From NCBI RefSeq assembly GCF_006345805.1, contig NC_043007.1:4836001-4900000 (forward strand): a DNA stretch of 64,000 bases. The letters run 5' to 3'. Below are positions 1 through 10,290 of this stretch, in pieces. Within the stretch, counting starts at the first letter, position 1. Each line of letters begins with the position of its first letter. Position numbers and translations under genes: made by a program. The notes below the pieces were generated by a model. That model saw only the letters and a list, made by a program, of their open reading frames with translations, was not told the DNA's origin and searched no databases. The stretch comes from Octopus sinensis (taxonomy: Eukaryota).

Positions 1-169
1 ATCCAACCATCGCTTGACAACCAATGTTGGTGTGTTTACACCTCTGTAACTTAGAAGCTCAGCAAATAAGATCGATAGAATAAGTACTAGGCTTACAACA
101 AATAAGTCCTGGAGTTAATTTGTTAGACTAAAGGCGGTGCTGCAATCAAATGACTGAAACAAGTAAAAG
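1..169 (+). mobile_element. SINE family A, 3' part (runs off window start)
   Basis: Matches the 3' half of the full copy at 19874-20275 (cgcttgacaacc...gatagaataagtac...gactaaaggcggtgct...aaatgactgaaacaagtaaaag). Confidence 0.85.
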
Positions 170-195
170 GGAAAAAAATGAAATGTAGAAAAACA

Positions 196-525
196 TGGAG
201 TAAAGATTGTTTGTCAACATAACATGGCAGTCCTGGTTTAGGACGAATGTTGCTGTAATTTAGTCCCATCTGGCTATATGACACGATCTGTGTCCTTATA
301 TTTTCAAACAAGGGAATCTAGCACCCCCACTCAGCTCAAAACTAGATTCTCTTGTTTGAAAATATAAGGACACAAATCAAGTCATATAGCCAGATGAAGA
401 CGATGTCTCCTGGGGCTAAATTACAGCAACATTCATCCTAAACCAGGACTGCCATGTTATGTTGGCAAACAATCTTAACTCCAAAGTACTGTTGCTGAAT
501 ATGTCTCGTTGTGAGATTTACAAAT
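196..525 (+). mobile_element. Fold-back mini-element, PLE pseudo-LTR-like (copy 1 of 2)
   Basis: Inverted arms 196-321 and 342-483, 20-nt spacer, unpaired tail 484-525. Homologous to 57901-58391. Confidence 0.8.
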
Positions 526-919
526 AGTAATTTACTAATTTAGTAGGAAAAACATATCAAAATACAACAAACAAAATCTATTTTCAAAATAGTTAAGGAC
601 ATGGAAAAAGTACTTGAGGATGAGGGGTGGGGGTATCAATCAGGTCAGAGTTGGAGTGATAACCTTAAAAAGGAGTTATAATATAATAGGATAATGTAGT
701 AACATTTATATAACCTATAACCTGGGTGATGAAAGGCCATATGAAAAAGAAAAAGCAAATGGTAAAAATAAAATCTCAAATAGAATTATATAAAGATTGA
801 ATGGAATGGCTTGGAAGGAAACAAAGCTTGTTCCAATATTCAAAAACATCCACCATATTCAAAGGAGTAATAAAAACAGCAAGACTTATACTGTAGTGAG
901 AAATGGGGATCTACATTAA

Positions 920-1150
920 TCGTTCAGTGACAAAGGTTTCAAAATCATAAACTTCAAACAATGTCTGCAACGGTTCATTCGTTCAGATTTTCAGTTTAAG
1001 ACAATTTTGTTTTCAAACAGGATAAAATGTTTCTCACTTAAACACGACAGGCATTTGATAGAACGGCTGTATGATCCACGTTTGTGTGAGCATGACCTTT
1101 TCAAGATCAACCAGTGGATCTGGAAAGGAAACGAACCAGCTTTTTGGGAC
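920..1150 (-). mobile_element. Penelope-like GIY-YIG endonuclease C-terminal remnant
   Basis: Minus strand reads SYSRSIKCLSCLSEKHFILFENKIVLN*KSERMNRCRH, matching the recalled PLE motif Y...KRCxLCLxEK..I......LN.R.E...CRH. Confidence 0.7.
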
Positions 1151-1714
1151 ATATTACATCTCCCTTTCTCACAACCAATTCCATTCCTCATTATCCTCCA
1201 TGCCCACACAATTTCCACTCATCACCTCCTTTTCTGCCTTCAGCCATTACTCCTTCTCTCTCTCCCCCTCTCCCCCTCTATCCCCTATTGTATTCCATTC
1301 TTAACACCTCTCTTACCTGCTATCACCATAAAGACCCTCTCACATCTACCATCACACCACACTTGCCCGGTCCCCTCTGAGCCATTCCTATATCTCTCAC
1401 CACCACTTGGTACACACATCTTTAACCCCCATCTTCCCCCTCTATCCCTCATCTTGTGATCTAATGTATCTTGAGATCCTCCTGCATCCCACGATCACCT
1501 CTCTCTTCTCTCCACCTTTCCAAACTCCTCAGCCTTGCATCTCTATTGCAAGCCATCTGGCCTGGTTCTTCCATCGCCCTCAAACCTCTCATCACCATTG
1601 CCCCTCCCCTCCATCAAATACTACACCCACCCATCCACCCAACCCCTTATAGTCGAGGAAGCTTGTCCTTCTTCCTGTTCCTCTCCGTTCTTACCTTGAA
1701 AGTTACTCGACGCA

Positions 1715-1925
1715 CCAGTGCTGGTGGTTTACCAAAACACCCAGTACATTCTATGAAGTGATTCATGCTTGGAAGGGATCCCAACTATTGAAATCATACC
1801 AAAACTGACATTGGAACACAACACAGGCTTACAGGTTGCTAGACCCAGTCAAAAATTCAACCCATGCCAGCATGGAAAATGGATGCTAAATGATGATGAT
1901 GAAGATGATGATGATGATGATATGT
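1715..1925 (+). mobile_element. RTE-LINE 3' end / RTE-tailed repeat (family C), degenerate
   Basis: aacccatgccagcatggaaaatggatgctaaa followed by (GAT)n, as in the other family C copies. Confidence 0.7.
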
Positions 1926-1954
1926 ATATATATATATATATATATATAAATGTG

Positions 1955-2152
1955 GCCACGTGTGTACCGTTGGCGATTTTTTCCTCCGTCTTCCCTTCCT
2001 TGGATCTTTCCTTTTCCTATGTTTCTGATGAAGAGCTCTGCTCGAAACGTTAAATCCTCCTTCTTTCTTTCCTTTCCTGGGCGTCCCAAAACACTATATT
2101 TGTTCCACGTCCTCATGTTGTGTTTTCTCTTTGTTTTCATGTTTGGATTAAC

Positions 2153-2155
<3 letters not shown>
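1955..2155 (+). mobile_element. PLE pseudo-LTR-like fragment between two (TA)n tracts
   Basis: Pyrimidine-rich 200-bp segment bounded by (TA)n on both sides and containing an HHR fold at 2021-2055. Confidence 0.6.
2021..2055 (+). ncRNA. Minimal type I hammerhead ribozyme
   Basis: GUUU-CUGAUGA-A-GAGC(UCU)GCUC-GAAA-CGU-U/AAAU: intact core, 4-bp stem II, palindromic ACGU stem III, weak stem I. Confidence 0.65.
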
Positions 2156-2218
<63 letters not shown>

Positions 2219-2267
2219 CATGTACATGAACATCGAAACAAATATCAATGGAAATAGTAGTTGTGAT

Positions 2268-2735
2268 ACCTGTGCCGGTGGCACATAAAAAGCACCAACC
2301 GAACATGGCCGTTGCCAGCGCTGACTCGACTGGCTTCTGTGCTGGTGGCACATAAAAAGCACCATCCGAACATGGCCGATGCCAGCCGCGCCTCAACTGG
2401 CTTCTGTGCCGGTGGCACATAAAAAGCACCATCCGAACGTGGCCGATGCCAGCTCCGCCTTGGCTGGCTTCCGTGTCGGTGGCACGTTAAAAACACCAAC
2501 CAATCGTGCCCAATGCCAGATCCCCCTGGCACCTGTGCAGGTGGCACGTAAAAAGCACCCACTACACTCGCGGAGTGGTTGGCGTTAGGAAGGGCATCCA
2601 GCTGTAGAAGCACTGCCAAATCAGACTGGAGCCTGGTGCAGCCCCTGGCTTCCCAGACCCCAGTTGAACCATCCAACCCGTGCTAGCATGGAAAGCGGAT
2701 GCTAAATGATGATGATGATGATGATGATGATGAAG
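2268..2735 (+). mobile_element. RTE-tailed repeat (family C) with internal 67-bp tandem array
   Basis: Units start at 2271, 2338, 2405 and 2472 (tgtgccggtggcacataaaaagcacc...), followed by ggttggcgttaggaagggcatccagc...catggaaagcggatgctaaa(TGA)n. Confidence 0.9.
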
Positions 2736-2917
2736 TTTAAGGAAAGGAAAAATTGTAAGTGTAGACAAACTTTAATTCATACTCCAAGTTGGTACAGAAC
2801 CAATATCCATTCTATAAATTGTTTCAGAACCTAATTAGTTCCAAAGACAAAAATGAAAAACTCTTCATAAAATATAAATTAGATTCTTCGTGAGGAATTA
2901 CATACTGGTATGTATAT

Positions 2918-3000
2918 ATATATATACGTAGTTGGAATTTACAGAACAACAAAAGAAGAAGACAGGTGTATAAACGATAAACAGGTGTATTAGTTTAACA
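2918..3000 (-). mobile_element. PLE-like family P2 3' fragment
   Basis: Reverse complement matches 48385-48455 (ctaatacacctg...acacctgtcttc...); abuts (TA)n. Confidence 0.7.
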
Positions 3001-3059
3001 CTTGTTTAACTGTTGTAAAATATTTATACAGTCTATACTGTTGTAAAATATTTATGTAA

Positions 3060-3375
3060 TGCAGCATGAAAATTTTAATTTCAATTTTAATGTATTAATT
3101 GAATTATAATTGGTATATAATTATTTGCAATATGTATTTTGAATCCACTCTTCGATTTAAGGTTTTCTTCGATTTTACAAGAGGATGAATTTATATTGAA
3201 TTCATTTATTTTGTTCATTGCATGCTTAAGACCGTTAATTGAAAGGACCAATGAAACAATTCCTTTTTTAAAGGTGAATCCTTTAACTAGTTTTGATTAT
3301 ATTGCCATTTCTGTTCCATTTTAACAAAACTGTCTGATGAACGGAAATGGGAAACTCTGAGTAAAGGTGAATATT
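3060..3375 (+). mobile_element. AT-rich PLE pseudo-LTR-like fragment with decayed HHR
   Basis: ctgatga at 3334 and gaaactctgagta at 3351-3363; stems I and II do not pair cleanly. Confidence 0.35.
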
Positions 3376-4526
3376 AAAACGATGGTGGTGATGATGATGA
3401 TAGTGATGATGATGGTGGTGGTGGTGGTGGTGGTGGTGGTGGTGATGGTGGTGGTGGTGGTGGTGGTGGTGGTGGTGATGATGGTGTTGGTGATGGTGAT
3501 GATGATGATGATGATGATAATGTGGTGTTAGCAGAGGTGGAAGAGAATGTTTATGATAAGGATGAAAACAATGTCAATAACAACAGCAATGGTAACAGTG
3601 ACAGTCGCCATGACGATAATGGCAGCCATGACGAGGACCACAATTCATGAAGGTGATGATATAAACCTTTTACTTGTAAATGATTACATTCATAAAAACC
3701 ATTCTGAGCCAATGAGGGAGCCACAATACAGCTGATTAACCTGCGAGACAAAGCAACCAAATTTTCCTCAAATCACACCTCCCAAATAATAATTAAAAAA
3801 TGGACAAATTAATAACGAAGCTTTAGATTTAGATTGACACAGTGATTGGATGGTCACAGCTGGAATGCCTTTGATCATAAGACCATATTATCAATGTAAA
3901 CCAACAACAATAACAACAATAACAACTACATATGTAATATAAAAAGGAAGTTCTGAATAATTATTAGTAACTCTTTAATCGGAAAAGGGGTTTCGATTAG
4001 AACCCTGCCGTAGGACTAATGCCATAAACACATTTATATATCATTAATAGAAAGTTATTGCCTGATTAATATTGAACCAGTGATGCTCATATTAAATATA
4101 AGACACAGCGCCATATTATGGACATGTAATTTATTGATGTTCACCCAACTGGTGACATAACAAAGAAACAATAACGTTTCCAGTCTTGAGGTAATTATTG
4201 CCAGAGTTAGGATTTCACAATGAGACGGAAAGAAACAAGAATCTACGAATGCTCGTTATTTTCCAGCAATGAGATAGAAACGGCAATAAATTATATTAAC
4301 CCTACAGCGCCGAGTGTTAATAATTCTTGATGCTTCAAATGCTATATTCTTATGTGAAGAAAATGACAACGCTGAAAGCTTGGACGAGCTCTGAGGATTA
4401 TTTACGTTTGAACAATGTTATTGCATGCGAGTAATTATAAAATATTTGCCAGTTGTTGCAGCAAAATCATTGACATTTGAATAATTGTGCATATATATAT
4501 ATATATATATATGTATGTATATATAA

Positions 4527-4577
<51 letters not shown>

Positions 4578-4593
4578 CATACATGTGCGCATG

Positions 4594-5335
4594 TGAGGTG
4601 CATTCATAAGTATCCAACTTTATTTTTTCCCACTAATGCTACACGAGCAAAATCTTTTGGATGGGAAGTGGCACGACCCTTCCAGTGTATGTGAGAAAAC
4701 TTTATGGCAAAAAGACTTGACAGTTCCTGGCAGTTATGTGCCTAGCGTACCGATGAGTAGTGAGCACTCGTTGGATTTTAATTTTCACCAAATGCATCGA
4801 GTAGAGAGATTGCATCAAGTTTCACCAAAACTTTTCGTGATTCCCAGACTCAAACTATCCAGAAGATTCAGCAGGCATTTGGTGATGGTGCCATGGGTAA
4901 AACTCAGATCAAAGAGTGGTACAATTGCTTCAAATAGGTTGCAGATCAATGGAGAGCATGGCTTTTTCAGGCACAGAAGCTGAAATGAGGAGCAGACTGA
5001 GATGGTTCGGTATATAGGGATGGAAGACCATTGTGTAAGAATCCAGGAAATTCCTCATGAAGTGAGATTTAGCACAGGGATTGTTGCATTCCATTTTAAG
5101 AGAGGATTTGTGCATGTGGAGTGTTGGGGAAATTCATCCCCAAGGCAGAACAGCAAAAGCAATGCTACATGGAAATCATTCTGATCATGTTGGATGGTTC
5201 AAACCATAGCTCAGACATCACGAAGACTATTGTCACTGGGCATGAGACAATGGTTTATGGTCTCTGGGCTATGCATTCCACCATTCGGCATGAAAACGAA
5301 GATCTGACTGGTGCACACTACATGTCTTTAGTCTA
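4594..5335 (+). mobile_element. Mariner transposon, decayed 5' portion
   Basis: TIR-like gaggtgcattcataagt; translation includes KIQQAFGDGAMGKTQIKEWYNCFK and KTIVTGHETMVYG (mariner ITGDETWVYG); stops and frameshifts present. Confidence 0.85.
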
Positions 5336-5340
5336 AAGCA

Positions 5341-5640
5341 TGGCAGCCAGGAACTGGTGCAGCCAACAGGCACAGCTGACTGGCGCATCCCACAGGTGCA
5401 GCTAACTGGTGCATCCCACAGGTGCAGCTTACTGGTGCATGCCACAGGTGCAACTAACTGGTGCAGCTGACTGGTGCAGTCAACTGGTGTAGCTGACTGG
5501 TGCAGCTGACTGACACAGCTGACCGGTGCAGCCGACCGGTGCAGCCGACCAGTGCAGCCGACCGGTGCAGCCAACCGGTGCAGCCAACCGGTGCAGCCGA
5601 CCGGTGTAGCCAACCGGTGCAGCTGACTGGTGCAGTGGCA
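5341..5640. repeat. 13-bp GC-rich minisatellite (accggtgcagccg/a)
   Basis: About 23 units; nearly homogeneous at 5522-5620 and more diverged on the left. Confidence 0.9.
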
Positions 5641-5691
5641 GTTTGTATTTCTTTAGAATTTTGTTTTGTTGACAGGTATCGGTATGCCATT

Positions 5692-6295
5692 ATCTTTTAC
5701 TTGTTTCAGTCTTTAGACTGTGACCATGCTGGGGCAACACCTTGAAGAATTTTGGTTGAGTGAATGGAGCCCAGGACTTATTTTTTGTTTTGTTAAGTCT
5801 GGTAATTATTGGCCTCTTTTGCCAAACTGCTAAGTCACCAGAATATAGACACACCAACACCACTTGTCAGGTGATGGTGGTGGTGGACAAACAGACATAA
5901 ACACACACAAACACAGACATATATATTGTAGAAGACACTTGCCCAAAGTTCCACACAGCGAGCCTGAACTGTATATGTTTCTTTATTGCCCACAAGGGGC
6001 TAAACATAGAGGGGACAAACAAGGACAGACAAATGAATTAAGTCGATTACATCGACCCCAGTGCGTAACTGGTACTTAATTTATCGACCTCGAAAGGATG
6101 AAAGGCGAAGTCGACCTCGGTGGAATTTGAACTCAGAACATAATGGCAGACGAAATATCGCTAAGCATTTCGCCCGGTATGCTAATGGTTCTGCCAGCTC
6201 GCTGCCTTAACCAGCTCGCCACCTTGTGAGCCTGAACTGTATAGTTGGGAAGCAAAGTTCTTACCATGCAGCCATTCTTGTGCCTTCTGTTTAAA
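5692..6295 (-). mobile_element. SINE family A interrupted by a family B insertion
   Basis: 3' part at 5692-5975 and 5' head at 6228-6295; gagcctgaactgtata is duplicated on both sides of the inserted copy. Confidence 0.75.
5977..6210 (-). mobile_element. tRNA-headed SINE family B, full length
   Basis: Minus strand has A/B-box-like head (gagttcaaattcc), central cctttcatcctttcgaggtcgataaattaagtaccag and 3' gtgggcaataaagaaa; 16-bp TSD. Confidence 0.9.
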
Positions 6296-6344
6296 CCTGG
6301 AAGGGATGTTTGTTATTTTGCTGGTGGTTATAAAAACGTATGTG

Positions 6345-6391
<47 letters not shown>

Positions 6392-6774
6392 TTTATTTAT
6401 GAATGTGTATGGGTGTGGTGTTAACTGTGAAATACCTATTGTAAATAGATGTGTTTTTAATGAATGGTTAGGGTGTGTTTTTGTTGTGATGAATAAACAT
6501 CTGATATTTATGTTAGTAATGTGTGTATGCATGTGCGGCATGCATGTGTGTGTGTGTGTATGTGTGTTCAGTGTAGCTGTAGAAGGAATTTATTGTGGAT
6601 GGAAAAGAATTTATATTTTTTAGAAAACAAGAAAACAAAACTGAGAATATTTTAATCTACCAAGAACAGGTCCATAGACTGAGTATATTTTAATACTGAA
6701 CACAATTCAATTTACTGAGTAATTTGTAGTGCACTGAGTTTCATTGAAACCCTGAGTATATTTTAATAATAATA

Positions 6775-7070
6775 ATAATAATAATAATTGTGTACAGTGC
6801 TCAGGTGCACTACAACTCATCTAAAGTGTATATATAATCAGGTGTAGTTTCGGCGGATTTCGGAAAGCATGAGGGCCTTAAAGGATGCAGTGTCATGGCA
6901 GTCAAGAACTGACGCAGGCAGTTTATTCCATGCTTCAGCAACTCTGAGCGTGAAAAAATGTTTCCGAAAGTCATGGGAGCTGTGTTGTTTTATGACTTTG
7001 TAGGCATGTCCACATGTGTTAGACACATGGAGATCAAAAAGGTGTTCAGGTTTCAATATTCAGACTTCAT
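6775..7070 (-). mobile_element. CR1/L2-type LINE 3' end
   Basis: NTCGHAYKVIKQHSSHDFRKHFFTLRVAEAWNKLPASVLDCHDTASFK matches the CR1 ORF2 C-terminus (TRGH..KL...RK.FF..RV...WN.LP); (TAT)n tail. Confidence 0.85.
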
Positions 7071-7282
7071 TTCAGTGCATTGGGTTCAACAAAAAGATTT
7101 TGGTAAGTACCATATCAAAAAATAAGTACTAAAGGTTATCATGGTCCACTAAAACATCTCAAGGTGGTGCCCTTGCTTGGCACCGATGACCGAAACAGGT
7201 AAAAGAGTGAAATAGTAAAAAAAGGATGAAGGAATGAAATGGAAGCTGAATTATCAACAAGATCATTGCAAGTAACAAAAGC

Positions 7283-7540
7283 ATCCAGTACACTCTGTAA
7301 TGAGGTTGGCGTTAGGAAGGACATCCAGCCATAGAAACCATGCCAGATCAGACAGTTATGCTTGACAGTCTTCTGACCTGTCCAACCCATGCCAGCATGG
7401 AAAACAGACATTAGATGATGATGATTATGATGATGATGATGACGACGACGATGATGATGACGATGATGACGATGATGATGATGATGACTACGACGATGAT
7501 GATGACGATGACGACAGCAATGATGATGATGACGATGATA
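7283..7540 (+). mobile_element. Family C copy with expanded (GAT/GAC)n tail
   Basis: ggttggcgttaggaagg...aacccatgccagcatggaaa followed by about 125 bp of triplet repeat. Confidence 0.8.
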
Positions 7541-8034
7541 ATTCAGCTTGCTGAGTCCCTCTCGTTATAGTGAGTACAGGGCATTAGACTCAGTACTTTT
7601 TAATCAACCTCAACACTGCCCCTCCGTAATCTGTCCTTGTAGCTATGCTTTCAGACTTTGACGTCCATTTTGCCATGCTTCTGTTCTGGTCAGAAGGCTT
7701 CTTATTTGACGGCTGTAATATCCTTCCCAACACTAATCATTTAACTGGTTCATGGATGCAGGCATAGTTGTGTGGTTGAGATGTTTTCTTTGTGATTGCA
7801 TAGCTACAGGTTCAATTTCATGCTGCCCAGCATCCTGGATCAACTTTAGCATTTTCAGTAAAACTTGGTTGACAGAAACTGTGAGGAAGCCCAACAAATG
7901 GACTCTACCTGTAGTTTGGCTAGAAATTTAATGCATTCATTACCTGATATCACTTCAGCATCTGGACCTTGGGTTCCTTTAGTGAAATCCAGTATTTGAA
8001 GCAAGTTTCCTCTCTGGCAAAGACAATTCCATCA

Positions 8035-8590
8035 CCATCATCATCATTTAACGTCCGCTTTCCATGCTGGCATGGGTTGGACAGTTTGACTGAGGACTGG
8101 CGAGCCAGATGGCTGCACCAGGCTCCAATCTCATCTGGCAAAGTTTCTACAGCTGGATGCCCTTCCTAACACAACCACTCCAAGAGTGCAGTGGTTGCTT
8201 TTATGTGCCACCAGCCTGAGGGTCAGTCAGGTAGTACTGGCAACGACCATGCTCAAAAGGTATTTTTTATGTACTACCTGCATGAGAGCCAGTCTGGGGG
8301 CACTGGCAACGACCACACTCAAATGTTGTTTTTCACATGCTTCCGGCTCATGTACCAGTAGGATGACACCGGCAACGATCATGCTTGAATGGTACTTTTT
8401 ATGTGCCACTGGCATGGGAGCCAATCTGTGGCCCTGGCAACGATCACACTCGGATGTGTTTTCAACGTTCCACTGGCAAGAGTGCCAATCAGGCGGTACT
8501 GTCATCGGCCATATCAGCGATTTTGATTTTGATTTCACTTGCCTCAATAGGTCTTTGCCAGCAAAGTTTATTGTCCAATGAATGAGGGGT
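8035..8590 (-). mobile_element. Family C long copy with degenerate internal tandem units
   Basis: (CAT)n-ttaacgtccgctttccatgctggcatgggttgg... and repeated tggcaacgac...ttttttatgtgccac units. Confidence 0.85.
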
Positions 8591-8649
8591 ATTCATAAGT
8601 GGGCTGGTTATACACCACTGGCATAGGCCATGGACTATGGTCTCACTTA

Positions 8650-8830
8650 TTTCTTTATTACCCAAAAGGGGCTAAACATAGAGGGGACAAACAAGGACAG
8701 ACAAAGGAATTAAGTCGATTACATCGACCCCAGTGCATAACTGGTACTTAATTTATTGACCTCGAAAGGATGAAAGGCAAAGTCTGATAAGCATTTCACC
8801 CTGCATGCTAACGTTTCTGCCAGCTTGCTT
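8650..8830 (-). mobile_element. SINE family B, internally deleted
   Basis: Colinear with 5977-6210 but lacks part of the tRNA head. Confidence 0.85.
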
Positions 8831-9054
8831 GACTTGTCAGGTCTTCTCAACTTTCTTAATATTCTTCTTCCTACTGCAGTGACCCTAAATCCTTGTTTGG
8901 GAAAGGAACCTGCCTCTTTTTCCAGATCAGCAAACCCAAGCTGTGTGTCAGGAGCTTCATTGGAGTCACTCAGTACAATAACATTACTAAAGATTTGAAC
9001 GTAGAACCATGTTATCAATGGTTCAACTTCCTTAATCACACAACCATTGCACCA

Positions 9055-9320
9055 ATTCAAAAATAATCAATACTTTGATAATCAACAGCATCATTAGCTG
9101 CACAACCATTGTAAGGCCAAATCAAAAAAAAAAAAAAAGAAAAAATCAACATCATAAACCATTGATCGAATCAATACGACTTGGAAATAATCAATAAACT
9201 TATCAATATAACCAACACCTAAACTTAGCAATAATCAATCAAAAGCTTTACAATAATCAATAATCAATAAGCATCTTAATGACAATAGCCAATAACCAAT
9301 AAGCAGTTTGATAAGAGCCA
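9055..9320. repeat. Degenerate caataatcaat-type minisatellite
   Basis: Repeated aataatcaat / aataaccaat motifs at irregular spacing. Confidence 0.5.
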
Positions 9321-10138
9321 ATAACCAGCAATGTTACAACATTCAATATATAATACAAGCTGTGTGTAGTAGAGATAACTATATTCCTAGCAAGGTGCAG
9401 CTCTGACCTGGCTTGATTCCCAGTTGCAGGCAGCATTTCATTTCACTAAACAGCCTTAATGCTCTTCAGAAAATCACACAGTTTCCATTCTCTTCTCTGT
9501 ATAAATATGAAATGCTGTACACAAGAAATCAATACCATTCTGATAATATAACACAATAGGCTAAAAAGAGAATGGAGATGGCTAAGATATTAGGGTGGCA
9601 TAATCAACATTTTTCTGTGTCTAATTTCAATACTGTTCTGAGGTCTAACCATCTCAAGTTCAGTTCAAGGTGACTTTGTCTCTCACCTCTCTGCAATTGT
9701 GTGCCAATAAATACCAGTAATACATCAGTGTTAATTCAATCATTTGTACTCCCCCTATTGTCTATTTATAGGAAAAGAAAGAATATGTAAATTTTTATAT
9801 TTTTTTTTATATGTGCTTGATTCTGGAGAAGATACTTGTTCTCAGTTTCTAGGATCATTACTTCCAGATGTGGCCACCTCACAGTATTGAGCTCACTATA
9901 CAATCGGAGACAATTTAACAATCCTAAACAAAGAAAATTGCTTGATGCCCCAGCTGAGCTACTGAATGAAGCTAAAGGCTTAAGGCCCTGCTGCTTGGAA
10001 CGACCAAAATAGAAACACGATAATTTAGATCTAGAAGGTCCAAAATCCAAGGAATGGCATCAAACTTTGGCATTGAAAGTTGTGCCAATCCCTAAACTCA
10101 TCATCTCTACAGAGTGCCAGAAGTTTGACTATATTTTT

Positions 10139-10290
10139 CATCCAGTTGTAGAAGGGCATCCAGTTGTAGAAACTCTGCCAGATCAAGATTGGAGCCTGGT
10201 GCAGCCTCCTGGCTTCCCAGACCCTGGTCGAACCGTCCAACCCATGCTAGCATGGAAAACGGATGTTAAACGTTGATGATGATGATGAGT
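10139..10290 (+). mobile_element. Family C 3' part
   Basis: gggcatccagttgtagaa (locally duplicated)...aacccatgctagcatggaaaacggatgttaaacg(GAT)n. Confidence 0.85.

Noticed and set aside
1007-1761. Overlapping plus-strand ORFs of 80-150 aa
   Set aside because: Pyrimidine-rich low-complexity sequence, partly antisense to the PLE remnant; no protein motif recognised.
4109-4119. CArG box ccatattatgg
   Set aside because: It has seven A/T between CC and GG, not the canonical six.
9850-10010. Coding exon after tttctag
   Set aside because: The frame ends in a stop after about 52 codons, with no donor site or recognisable motif.
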